From the NCBI GenBank assembly GCA_038496445.1, contig JALMLS010000216.1, positions 594,144 to 658,143 of the forward strand: a stretch of 64,000 bases of DNA, read 5' to 3'. Below the pieces are notes generated by a model. It saw only the letters and a list, made by a program, of their open reading frames with translations, was not told where the DNA came from and ran no database searches. The stretch comes from Trichosphaerium sp. ATCC 40318. Its lineage: Eukaryota > Protista > Tubulinea. Shown piece after piece: positions 47,305 through 59,595 of this stretch (within the stretch, counting starts at the first letter, position 1; every line of letters starts with the position of its first letter). The position numbers and the translations under genes are program-made.

Positions 47305-49100
47305 TTATTCTTGCTTACTTCTAGCATCCTTTACTTCTTCTTTGAGACGTTGAATAGTAGAAGTAGCTTTAAGTATATTGTTCAAATACCTAGCAGAGAA
47401 TACCTCCACATAGTAATTTGCGCCATTGTAGACTGCCACAGACACAGCAAAAGCTAAAAGAAAAACGTTAAAGACTGCCAAAAAGCAAGTAGGCCCTACC
47501 CAATAGAATAAAGTGTGCCAATTCATATTTCCATATAAATATGATAGGTATGAATGTTATTATGGTGTAGACAAATTGTAGTCCAACAAAACCAACTAAG
47601 AAACATTGTTAATGAAAAAGCCATAACGTTGAATTCCTAAAAACGTACTTTCACGGAACTGATCGGGAAGGCATTTTATCAATCTGAATGGGAAAGTCAA
47701 TGAATAAGAAGTCTCTTATAAAAACAAACTTCAAAAACAACGTACGGGTAAAGACCAGACTTCTTTTGGACAATGTAACGGAAGCTTGTCATGCGATCCT
47801 TATGCTTAGAAAAGATGTGTACACTAAAAAAACTTAGTGACTCTTTATACAATCAATAACGTACCGTGCGAGGTAACATACTTGCCATATCAAATATGGT
47901 AAGAGAGGTACAAGCCATAGTGTAAGTATACTAGGTGCAGCTAGTACAAATGAGTTGAAAAGCAATTAACAAAAAAGAACAACAAACGTCACTCACAATA
48001 ACTCGAATTCCACCAATCAGCGTGACATCCTTCTTTTGGGCAAATAGAGTACCCTGAGATATAATTAGCTAATATTAAACAAATCACCCTTAATTAATAT
48101 ACCTTCGCTGTGCTTCCACCTGAGAGTATACGTAACTAATGACGGACTCAAATGTATAAATAACGTAGTAATCTACAAGAGTAGAAATCCGTTAGAAACG
48201 CGAAGAAAAAAATTGTCTGCTATAACCCTCACCCTACTCATACTATGGAATACAAGAGAATTACGCCACGCCACTATTGCCCACAGTAAAGGACCTGAAG
48301 AAAAATAAGAGGTTGGTTTTTTTTCTCAAATGAAAAATACAAAGAATTTTGTATCACGTGCCGTTTGCGAATGCGAATACGATGTAGAAAAAAGTAGGGT
48401 TTGTAGGTACGTGTAGGAATATCAACAAGAGAAAGTTGGCATAGTAGCAAAAATCGAAAAGGAAGTAATGCCACGCCTATCAAAAACAAGTGGTGAGCGA
48501 AGCTGTAGCCGGTTGAAAGACTGAGAGCAAAAAAAAGCCCAAAAATCGGTTTGTGACACTTACTTGACTGTAGTAGTTATACCAACGTGTACAAAGCAAT
48601 AGTATTGCCTGAAATAGAAGGTAAGCAAGTTTCGGACGAATAGTTGGCCTACTTTGAAAGTAAAGTACGTTGTAAAGTGCTGCGGGTATGCTCCCATGAT
48701 GTAAGGGGTAATAATAGTGTTTGTGACTCCTTTAGTTTATGTTAAACGCTAAGACGTTTTTTGGTTTTTAACGAAGGTACGCGCCTAGTAGAAACGCTAA
48801 TTTATCCTTCAACTTGATGTATGGCGCTTCTGTGCGTATTTTTTCAATAAACGGTTGTATTTTAGCTCCAACTTTATCGCGTTGCGCGCGTAAGTCTTGC
48901 ACGATGGTTTTTTGGCTCGCAGAAATGAGCTAGCAATGCAATCAGCTTTCGGCAAAACGCGCTAATAATGGCGTTACCTCTTGTGGTCCTACACTAACAT
49001 CGAGCCAATCATCTTTAAAGTCTAATGACTCGAATGCATCCTCCAACAAATCGTCTAGTGTATTTTCCAAGTCGTCCATCGACTCGCGTATGGAAGCCAT
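47305..49100 (-). CDS. GPC1: Glycerophosphocholine acyltransferase (GPC1 / DUF2838), spliced
   Basis: Multi-TM protein with AWRNSLVFHS, YLIWQVCY, MTSFRY and the terminal AVYNGANYYVEVFSARY signature. Acidic N-terminus MASIRESMDDLE. Confidence 0.8.
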
Positions 49101-49319
49101 GGCGAATGCAAGTTAACTTCGTTGTTGTATGCTTAATTTGAACCATTTGAACGGATTCACTTAGCAGAAAATAAAAAAAGTCGAAATCGCGACCTTATCG
49201 ATACCCAATACAAAGTACAATAGGTATGGTTAAAGTACGCATATTTTTAGAAACAACAGGTACAATCACGTGCGAACAAACGAGTGTTTTGATGACCTTT
49301 ATTTACAACATTCAGATCT

Positions 49320-51223
49320 TTATGGAGCGTTACAAACAACAGTTTGCACGAGACCTTCTTCACAGATGTCATATCTCCATTTACCAGCATCGGTACCACT
49401 TGCAAAGATACTCACGCAGTTAATGACATGGTCGTTGTTGTTTGATGAGTCAAAATTGGTGTATGTCACTCCAGAACCATCTCGCCATACGAGAGTACCT
49501 GGTAATACAATTAGTTTCCAAGTACTTTCAATCGTTACAGAAGTGGAACGTACCTTCATACTCGATTTCGTTTGCTCCAATCCAACATTGAGAAGCTCCA
49601 GCATCAGCACAGGCTTGTTGTACAGCAGCGTTATCAGCTGCATTTGTAATCTTAGCCATATCTGTTCCATAAGTAGCTTGACATGCATCTTGACCATATT
49701 CGGCATCATGGTACAGCAAGTGTAACGTATGAGTGTACGACAGGTGCATTACAAAGAATCGTCTGAACAAGACCTTCCTCACAAATATCGTATCTCCATT
49801 TACCAGCATCGGTGCCACTTGCAAAGATACTCACGCAGTTAACGACATGGTCGTTGTTGTTTGATGAGTCAAAGTTGGTGTATGTCACTCCAGAACCATC
49901 TCGCCATACAAGAGTACCTGGAATAACAAAGTTAGATCTAAGCCAACTGTTGCAAGAAGTGAAACATACCTTCATACTCGATTTCGTTTGCTCCAATCCA
50001 ACATTGAGAGACTCCAGCATCAGCACAAGCAGTTTGTGCAGCTATATTATCTGCTTCAGTTAGAATCTTTGCAAGATCTGTTCCATAAGTAGCTTGACAT
50101 GCATCTTGACCATATTCGGCATCATATAATCCACCAGCAACGTATGACGCAGTTTCAGGAGCATTACAAACAACAGTTTGCACGAGACCTTCTTCACAGA
50201 TGTCGTATCTCCATTTACCAGCATCGGTACCACTTGCAAAGATACTCACGCAGTTAATGACATGGTCGTTGTTGTTTGATGAATCAAAGTTGGTGTATGT
50301 CACTGCTGAACCATCCTGCCATACAAGAGTACCTGGAAAACAGGTTAGAGTTGAGAACCACAATGACGAGTTTGAAGAACATACCTTCATACTCGATTTC
50401 GTTTGCTCCAATCCAACATTGAGAAGCTCCAGCATCAGCACAGGCTTGTTGTACAGCAGCGTTATCAGCTGCATTTGTAATCTTAGCCATATCTGTTCCA
50501 TAAGTAGCTTGACATGCTTCTTGCCCATAGATAGCATCGTATGTGGTGCTGAGTGTAACATAGGTTGATGGAGCAATTGTAGGTGCGTCAGTAGGTGCGT
50601 CAGTAGGCGCGTCCGTAGGCGCGTCAGTAGGTGCATCAATAGGTGCATCAGTAGGTGCATCAGTAGGTGCATCAGTAGGTGCGTCAGTAGGTGCTTCAGT
50701 GGAAGGTTGGTTGCAAACAGCATATCTAAATGCATCACATGTTTCGTAGAACCATCCAGAAAAGAGGGTTGAGAGTGCTACACAATTTCTTCCAGCACTA
50801 TTTCTTGTGACGAGGAAAGACATGAATCGGTTGTAGTCCACAGCGCTTCCATCTCTCCAAAGGAATACATCTAGAAGAAAAAAATCAGATCTTGCTATGA
50901 TTGGGTATTTGATATAACAATACCTTCGTCAAGCGCATCTGTAGCACCAATCCAACATTGTTCACCAAGTCCAAGTGCGTTACAGGCATCAATGGCGTCA
51001 TTGTGATCTTCTTGAGAAGTGATGGTTGCTAGATCTGTGCCGTATGTGCTTTGACAAGCAGCTTGTGCATCTGTCGCAGACATTTCAGTTGATAGAACAA
51101 CATATGCATTGACCATTGAGACAATCAATGATATCAGGATCTACTAATAGTGTTAGACAGCATCAGACATACACGTGATAAAAAAGTGAAATATCATACA
51201 AAGAGTTTTGAAGTATTTATCAT
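49320..51223 (-). CDS. Secreted protein with four C-type lectin-like domains and a PTDA mucin-like linker, spliced
   Basis: Signal-like start, then four units of AQ.ACQ.TYGTD(L/M)A.I...CWIGA...EG...W.DGS...Y..F...NCV...W....C....CN. Confidence 0.9.
50572..50706 (-). repeat. 12-bp coding tandem repeat (CCTACTGAYGCR; Pro-Thr-Asp-Ala) x ~10
   Basis: Directly visible as gtaggtgc(g/a)tca repeats on the + strand. Confidence 0.95.
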
Positions 51224-52159
51224 TGTGGGATAAGTTTCTAAGTTGTTTGTTTGTTGTGTTGTTTGTTATGTTTGTTTTGTTAAGATTTGGTTTATTCTAC
51301 TCAAGAGTTTTGCCTGTCAAAAGTGTGGTGTCAACTTTGCGGCCGTGAGTTGCGGGCAAAAACAAAACTACGAAATCAATCACTGAAAACAAAAACCTTG
51401 TTCAAAACCTATCAAATGGTTGCTCGCTAAATAGTAGGACGAAATCAAATACTCGGAAAAGTTAAAAAGAAAAAGTAGCATCACGTCACAAAACACGTGA
51501 CATCAACGTGAACATATCTCCAACACAAATCAACAATCGCCCGGCACCTTGGTGCTGTACATTGTAGATACGAATCTTCACGCCCCGCGCGAACGTTGTA
51601 CCACTTCGCGATATGATCAACCAGATACAGTGTATGTGGGTGTAAACGTGGAATCGTTCGATATTAGAATAAAATAAATACAACACAATCAGAACAGAGT
51701 TGGATACTTCAAAAATAAATTGTGCACGTGTCGTCAACATTTTTATGTGAATATATCAACACGAAAAAACACCTTCATGTATTCAAAAAACCTGCCAGTA
51801 TATGCTTTATAGCACCTTAGTAGTTGATTGTTTATGATTCACGTAGAAAAAGATAGTCCATCGGACAAATAATTTATAATAGTTAAGTTGAGGTTTGATA
51901 CAGCTTTTTCAAGGTGCATCATCGTCAAGCAGCAACTATTACTTTGACAACACATAGGAACACAACACAAACGAGTTTGTACTTGTTTCTCCGTTACAGA
52001 CATTTGGGTAAGACTTAGAACTACAAACAGCCCACAACGCTTACACCCACATCCCAAAAATTCCCTTTTTTTGTACCAGTGTTTGTTGTATAATAGATAA
52101 CAAATGCTAGAGCCACGAGACAAGTTGATAGGAGAGTAGACTTAGTGTAATAACTCTAA

Positions 52160-54472
52160 TGTTGTAAAATCTGCGCTGTTCGTATCGCAAATCCATCTCT
52201 TTCGCATCTCAACGGCTTCACCATACTTGTTGTTGTAAAAGGTAATAGTAATAGTTCTTATTTTGTTTTTATTAATAAATATCATGACATTTACACTGCA
52301 ACAGAAAGTTCGTTAATATCTCCTTGTAGTTCGTCTCTTCTTCTCTTACACATTGCTGCTAATTTATCTCTAATATCGTACAAATAGGCAATTTCACGAG
52401 CTGGGTTTTTATGCCTTGAACCCTTACGCATTTGTTTAAAGCACGTTTTTGCAATGTGGTCCATCCTTTACGAAAGAAAAAATTAGAATGTAAATGGTAT
52501 TGTAAAGTGGTTGTTTTGTTTTTAATTGCAAAAGGCTATCAGTTATGAGAAAAGACAAATACTTACATCTCAGTGTCAAGCTCTATATCTGGTTTACAAC
52601 ACGAATTGACATATCCGTTGGCTAACCACGTGTTCTTATCTCTTACCCAAAACACTTGATTGAATTGAAAGATTGCTCTCTTTAGAGGTTTAATCCAAAG
52701 AGCAATCAGTGGCAACAAACTGTATACAACGAGTAAGAATATCATCATTCCAAAGTTAACCCATGTCAAAGTCTCGTCTGTCCAACGAAATGGTCCAGGG
52801 TCTATTGCAAGAAGTGTTATAAATACAAACTACTAAGTTAGAACAGAAAGAGATACCTGTATGACAGTTGTTGAATGTCATGTTACCACTAATGCTAAAT
52901 GGTTCTGAAATTTTTAACAGTTTTGCCCACAAGCCTGGAAGCTCTTTAGACTTTATTTTGACATCTGAAGTAACACCAGCTGTATACGCTATTTTTCCTC
53001 CTATAGTAGTGTTAATTGTGTTTAAATTGGAACTGTTCCGTTGTCTATGTACCTGAAGATGCTAAAATTGCTCTGTTAAAGTTGTAGAACTCAACAGCAA
53101 GAACAAGTGCAGCTATAATAAAAAGAATGTATCCCAGAGAGAATATTCCTTTTTGATAAATCTACGGATGCCAAGACTAGTAGATATCGTTAATCAATGC
53201 TATGTAAAACAATGCGTGATACTATGGAGTACTTACTAGCTGATTTTAAATGGAGATCTTGATTTTATTTTTCTCTTTTTTTTACCATAAACAAACTTCA
53301 CGTTTGCAACTGTAAGCCTCAACCAAGATATTATAACCACGGCTAATATAAATGAGCTAACATAAGTTGAAGAGGTTCTGCTATATACCTATCTGGCATC
53401 GTCTTAAGGTAGAAATAAGAGTACGAAGCTGTAGAAATCTTTCACGCAATTTGTCTAGAACCTATAAATAGACTGTTAACAGCAAATCACGTGTTTATCG
53501 GCATGAGTTTTGATAAAATTCTAACAGGTCGTACTCTTTTCATTTCTGAAATGTCAACTGATATACGATGGAACGGCTTGACAGACCCAGTGCTGTGTGT
53601 GTTTTTCAGATTTTCTATAAAGTTCCCAAGATTGAAAAGGCTGCTGATTAAGCTTCCAAGCTTCCAAAATGCTTTGAACAAGCCGCCTATACTTCATATA
53701 AGATAGTTCACTTATCATAGAAATGTTTTTGAACCAAAAGAGTACCAAGTCCGTCTTCAATCTGGTTTGCAAGATCTTTGAAGTCCAATGTTTGTATATT
53801 TGCTAGTCTCGTTGTAATTCTTGAGTTGAGGCTATCTAGAGCCTCGGTGATCTCACTAGAGATATGTAAGAATACTATTTATATTAAAAAGCAAAAAAGG
53901 AATACATACGTTGCTGTGGTATTGTACATGCACTCAGTCTTTTCTTCCCAGCTGTTCAAAATTCTTTCATTGTTTGATAAAATCAATGTCAAGATCATAA
54001 CGTATACAAGATTAATTATCAATTTACGAAGCTTTTTATGTGTTGTGTCTATTAAACCGGATAATAAAAGGGTTCCAAGGCTTCTGGCTGCATCTTTAAC
54101 GGTGCTGGGTACTCCAAATTTCCAAAATACCAAAGTCTTTGATTGTTTGTTTGACTTTTTTCTGGTGCCTGGTTTAGGTGTTGTAGTTGCTACACTTACA
54201 ACATTATAAGTGTTGTTGCTCATCGTAGGACGCTAATAAATTAAAAGGCAGTAACCTACTGGCAGTTTTTTAATCACGTTCTTTGAAATGATCTCGCAAG
54301 TCTTGCGCCATAATACGCCAATACGGGCGTTAGCTGAACTGGGTCTAACTTGCTGGTATTAGCGTTGCTTTGAGCTTAGCTTAGCAGGATCGGTTAAACC
54401 CTAAATAGGAATTTACAGTTCGGATAATGGTGAGAAAGGATTTGGGTATTTCTGTCTATAAAATCACGTGAT
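52160..54472 (-). repeat. Inverted segmental duplication, arm 2 (partner ~29170-31400)
   Basis: Reverse-complement match to arm 1 across exons, introns and flanks. Confidence 0.9.
52291..54223 (-). CDS. Multi-pass membrane protein of unknown function (copy 2, apparently intact), spliced
   Basis: MSNNTYNVVSV start, then hydrophobic segments LIINLVYVMILTLIL, GIFSLGYILFIIAALVLAV and FGMMIFLLVVYSLLPLIALW separated by loops. GT-AG introns are shared with copy 1. Confidence 0.7.
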
Positions 54473-54740
54473 TGTTGTGGCTGTGACGGAGCACTATTAA
54501 TTAATTCGTTATTAAAAATTAATTAAGATCACGAGGATTTCGTCAATTCATGGGATGCAAACAATAGGGTGTCGCGTATTAACCACTACGCTATACAAAA
54601 CGTATTAACACACTCACTCTGGAGTATGGTGGAACCTTATACGACAGGGAAAGAATGAAGAGCTGTAAGCTTCGTTTGCTGGAAAAACGAGCATATCATA
54701 AAAATCACGTGATTATTGTTGTTTATGACGGAGCGTTATA
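54458..54740. promoter_or_regulatory. Two imperfect ~40-bp direct repeats, each centred on the palindrome ATCACGTGAT
   Basis: aaaatcacgtgattgttgtggctgtgacggagc (~54460) and aaaatcacgtgattattgttgtttatgacggagc (~54701), upstream of copy 2. Confidence 0.45.
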
Positions 54741-55040
54741 GATAGTTTGTTTTGGTAATCACAGTCCCAACACGAGTTTGCTACTCAGTGTTGTGTTTAT
54801 TTAAAAGCTCTACCATATTGCGTTAGTGCACGTTAATAACTGCAAAACTACCAGAAGCTTTCTTTTTAAAGTATTAGCGAAAAGAACGCTGTGGTGCATA
54901 CGAAAAACGTTTCCGTCAGGATAAACCGTTTACGCCACTGGACTGTCCAAAACAAGCGAATTTTTTATACAAATATGATATGCAAGTTGAAGCAATTTTT
55001 TTATTATGTGCTGTACAAACACGCCAACAAAAAGCTGATC

Positions 55041-57368
55041 CTAAGCTGTAGGAGGCTTCTCAAATGTCCATTGTTGATTGTGGTTGTTTGTTCCATATGT
55101 ATACAAATACACGTTCCTACAAAACAAAAAAGTTATTAATTGTAAGGTCAAGATACATCATAAAGTTGGACGTACTGGTTGTTTGATCCTCCATTGTTAC
55201 CGTCAATAGAGTAACGAAGGTCACGTTTTTTTAATCTATAAGTAAATGCTTTGCCAGATACTAGAGATCTCTCCCAGTGTTGGTTAACGTTTTCTTGATC
55301 GCACTCGTAAAGCTTCAAGTTCCTGGAAAAAAAAGAGAAAAATCAGTATTAAGTTCGCACTACAAGAGCGCTTACTGACTATTAACTGCTCCATTTCCTC
55401 CATCAAGGCAATAGTTTGTATATCTCTTACGGTACATGTAATATTTTTCATGTTTTGTTTCAACCCAGTGCTGATTCTCGTTTTCATCGTTGTATTTGTA
55501 AAGATATACATTGTTGTTGTTTTCATTTGGCTGCTTTTGTGCTGTCAAGGCATACCCAAGTGCATTCTCCTTTCTCATAGTATATACCTTTTCAGTGCTT
55601 GTATAGGTAAGACAAAAACCAACTCTGCTAAGCTTATCACAACCCTCAGCTTGACTGTTCCTTGAAAACTTGAGCCATTTGTTTAAACTGCCAAAAAAAA
55701 GTAAGTCTAAAAGAAGATCAAGATGAGACGTTACTTGTTTGTAGGTATGCTTGATTTCATGATACCAGAATTATCTGGATCGTGTTCCATATCCATAAGA
55801 TGCCCTATTTCATGTGCAGTCAAAATGACTCTTTTACGAGTGTCACTTCGTTGAGTCACTTCTGCTCCAAAATTGACTTGCGAACACAGATTATTCACCT
55901 TGGCGCTTCCTAGTGTGTTTCCCGAAGAACAGTCATGATAGAGTAAAACCAAGGTTGGCTGAGGATCGACTTTATCATATGAGTATCTACCATTTATCCA
56001 CGTATTAAGTTTATCAAGAATTTGACCTCTGCTACTGCAAGTCCATTCAGCTGCTACAAAAAAAGGTTACCACAGATTTTTTTCTCACGCAAAGACAGAT
56101 TTCTTCTACGTACAATAGTCATCCCGCTCTTCCATTATTAATAGTTCCGAAACAACGAGTTTTACATTCTTAGAAAAGAGAATAAGTACGCACATCCGCT
56201 AACTTTGGACAAAATTCTGACTTACAAGTTCTTCGTTGTATATCGCATTTACGCCATGAATGTCTAACACACTTATTTAGAATAGAGCACATCTGGAAAA
56301 TACTAATGCGCACTATTTGTTACGTAGTCAACTGATCCGTCAACACCTCTATCGTCGTAAAGACTTTCATCAACTACTGCAACCTTTCAGGTATTAGAAT
56401 ACACTGTTAAATATTATATGTCGTGTACAATGCGGAGAACCCTTAGTGAAGATGGACAATCATCTGGTGGAGGTACTAATGGTACTTTATCTCCCATAGG
56501 ATATGATCTTTACAAAGGTTAATAGATTGTTTATAAAAAGCAACAAATGTACAAACCTTCTTGCACGCTTGTGTAGATGTCTGTTTGAACGAATTCTTTC
56601 GTTACATACACCGCACCCGATTGATTCTTCGTGATTTAGACTTTCTTGCCTGTTAATTAAAGATGAGAATTAGATACCGCTCCAAAAGTGCAAAAGAAAA
56701 AACAAAGAAATATAGAAGATTTCTTACCTGAGAATCACGTGCGTGCCTGACCCTAGTTTTTGTAAATGGCGTGCTGCCATGTATTCAATGTGTCTAAATA
56801 AGAAAACAACTGTTAGTATGACTACATAGAACAAGTACTTTGAATGAGAAACTTACTTTTTCGCTGGTTCAATGACAAGCATTTCATCATCAACAAATAG
56901 AATACCTTCTATTGTTCCATCTTCGTGAGCCATAAACCGGAATCGATAATTGTCATTGATATATTTGAAAGTCTTTGATGGAACAGGAATATACTTGGAG
57001 CTGTTTCCTGTACCCAAGATAATCTAATTTCGGTTCAGAAAAAAAAACCAAGAAACAAAAATTACCCTAGAATCGACACTGAAAGGCGAATCTTTGATAC
57101 ATTCAACCATCACTGTACCATTACTTTTGTGTAGTTTTAAGATATGAACTCCTTCAGCGCTTCGTTTTTTTGAAAGCACTAATTCAACTACCAAAAAAAT
57201 TAGTGCCGAGATAAAATGAACGCTCGCACGTGATTTGACTACTTCAAAGTCTTGTAAGTTATCCCAGTATTGTTTCTCAAAACACATAACGGCATTTATC
57301 ATTAGACCTATCGCATATAAGTTATTGGTAACCCCTTGTATCTTACCAATGAGTACGAGCTTCCACAT
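55041..57368 (-). CDS. Secreted M12B/reprolysin-like zinc metalloprotease with prodomain and C-terminal ricin-type beta-trefoil lectin domain, spliced
   Basis: TAHEIGHLMDMEHD plus Met-turn GIMKS. Three C-terminal repeats end in NQHW, NQHW and NQQW, with YCLDGGNG and YSIDGNNG. It ends QQWTFEKPPTA-stop. Confidence 0.85.
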
Positions 57369-57917
57369 CGTTGTATTTGAGTTATGCAGTTTTCAAACGA
57401 AAAATGATAGCTTATTGTTTTAAGTGCATATCACATCATAGCTCACACCACGTGTGTCGTCGTTGGTTTAAATGAATGCCCAAATATAATAATAAGCTAA
57501 CGCAAAACCATAGAGGACATTGGGGATACTCGGACAATCTACAATTTTTGTGTTGTTTTTTCTCTGAAAAACTTGTTGCCGTGCACATTACCGCTAAAAT
57601 AGCTGGAAACCTCAAGCGGTGTCACAAACTGCAAGCAATAAGGATTTAGGTACACCATCAGCGTTTGCATGTATACTACCAAAATATTGCACCACGTGTG
57701 GGTCTACAAGCGGTTGGATGATCTTACCTGATAGGATGATTAGAATCAGGGGTGCGACTTCTTTAGCTTGTCAGATTAAGGGGAGGTTTTTTAGAACCAC
57801 GAGCAAATTAATATAAAAAACGGTGAGCGTATTAAGGCAATAGAGAACCTTGAAGTTGGTTTATGTGAATAACGTTTTATAGTACAAACATCAATTGATT
57901 ATTTTTACTATTCTTGG

Positions 57918-59201
57918 CTACTGAATTAACATACGCTGGTGTCTTGTCGAAATACCTTCACAACCACTTAGATCAATGATATGCGCTGATTCTAAATAGC
58001 CAATAACCTTATCTGTTATAGTATGAACACGTGATAGGAATATACTATGAACACCAGCTAAAGCCTTAATACCAACATCAGTTACCTTAGTATAAGAAAG
58101 ATCAATAGTATGAACACCAGCAAGGCTTTTAACACCAACATCTGTCACATTACTTCCAGACAAGTTGATGAAATGAACACCTCCTAAAGCAGAAATACCT
58201 TCATCTGTAACATTGCAACCAGAAATATCAATAGAATGAACACCAGCAAGAGATTTAATACCTACATCTGTAACTTGAAAACAACCAGCAAGGGAAATAG
58301 AATGTACACCTGCCAAAGCACGAATACCTTTATCAGTAACAAGCATACACCCAACAAGGCAAATAGTATGGACACCTGACAAATATACAAGCCATGCATC
58401 AGATACTTGTCGGCATGTGCTCAAGTCTATGGTGTGAACACCAATGATCTCTTTAATACCGTCGTCAGTCATGTTAGTATTAGACAGATTAATCTTCTTA
58501 ACACCCGCTAAAGAATTAAGTGACTTGTCTGTTAATTTATGACAATGGCTTAGGTTTATCTCATAGACACCAGCAAGATAAGAAATACCATCATCAGTAA
58601 CACAATCACAACGACTAATAGACAGTGTATGAATACCAGCAAGCATCTTTAAACCTTCATCAGTTATCTGATGACAAAGACTTAAATCCAAAGCATGAAC
58701 ACCAGATAAGTGCTCTAAATCAGCATCAACGACTTGTGTACATCCTTCAAGGTTTATAGAGTAAGCTCTTGATAGATGACTTAACCCTTCAGCTAGTATC
58801 TCAGTACAGCCTGATATGTTGATTGTATGAATGTTATTAAGTGTCATGATGCTCTTGTCTGTTATATTACATAACCTGCTTAAGTCCAATTTCTTTGCAT
58901 CTTTTAATAGAGGCAATAGATCATCTGTCATTTCATAGGACAAAGCTGTACAATCGATTATCGAATTGTTTAATATACCGCTATATTTAGATACTGTTGA
59001 CACGTGTTTTGATGTTTTTAGTGTAACCTTTACGTATCCTGTTACATAATGAATAATGTTTGCGATCCGCCAGCAAGTGCTTGCGGCAGCAAACCTCTCC
59101 TTGTTCAGAAAACTCAAAATTTCGCCAATCGTTTCTGACGGTAACGCGCAGAATGAGAACGTTGGTTGAGGTGGTAAGCTAATAGCGTTAGAGCTAGTCA
59201 T
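57918..59201 (-). CDS. F-box and leucine-rich repeat protein, intronless
   Basis: LPSETIGEILSFL..ERFAAASTCWR F-box, followed by ~15 LRRs of 21-22 aa (GVHTIDLS.C..VTD.GIK.LA). Confidence 0.9.
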   Translation of the reverse strand: MTSSNAISLPPQPTFSFCALPSETIGEILSFLNKERFAAASTCWRIANIIHYVTGYVKVTLKTSKHVSTVSKYSGILNNSIIDCTALSYEMTDDLLPLLKDAKKLDLSRLCNITDKSIMTLNNIHTINISGCTEILAEGLSHLSRAYSINLEGCTQVVDADLEHLSGVHALDLSLCHQITDEGLKMLAGIHTLSISRCDCVTDDGISYLAGVYEINLSHCHKLTDKSLNSLAGVKKINLSNTNMTDDGIKEIIGVHTIDLSTCRQVSDAWLVYLSGVHTICLVGCMLVTDKGIRALAGVHSISLAGCFQVTDVGIKSLAGVHSIDISGCNVTDEGISALGGVHFINLSGSNVTDVGVKSLAGVHTIDLSYTKVTDVGIKALAGVHSIFLSRVHTITDKVIGYLESAHIIDLSGCEGISTRHQRMLIQ

Positions 59202-59595
59202 TGGCGTATGAAGAGAATTAGGAAAGTTTTTGCTCGTAATACTAGGAAAAACAAAAATAACAAATGGAGAAACGGCATAGACGCCGTTTTAGTCATTTTA
59301 ATGATAAAGTAGACGCAAGGAGTAAATACAATAGGGTCTTTCATTGTAGATAAAGCAGTTGAGGTTATTAGCATACCATTGGCGTTTATTCATCGTTTTG
59401 CGTTGTTTGCTTGATGCTGTGAGTACAATTTGGGAGTACAGCGACTTTTGTTGATTTGTGCCGTTTTTTTTGTGAAAGCTTCGGAAGTCCGCTTCTTTCT
59501 TATTGTGCTGTATTATAATGTATTGTTAATCATTTGGTAAGGTTGTTTTATTACAAGACTATATTACAACGCAGTAATTACAACAAACAGAGCTA

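Noticed and set aside
29170-54472. Inverted arms as terminal inverted repeats of a giant transposon (Maverick/Polinton-like)
   Set aside because: The arms are diverged, intron-containing gene copies, and the enclosed genes are ordinary cellular genes with no integrase, polymerase or capsid.
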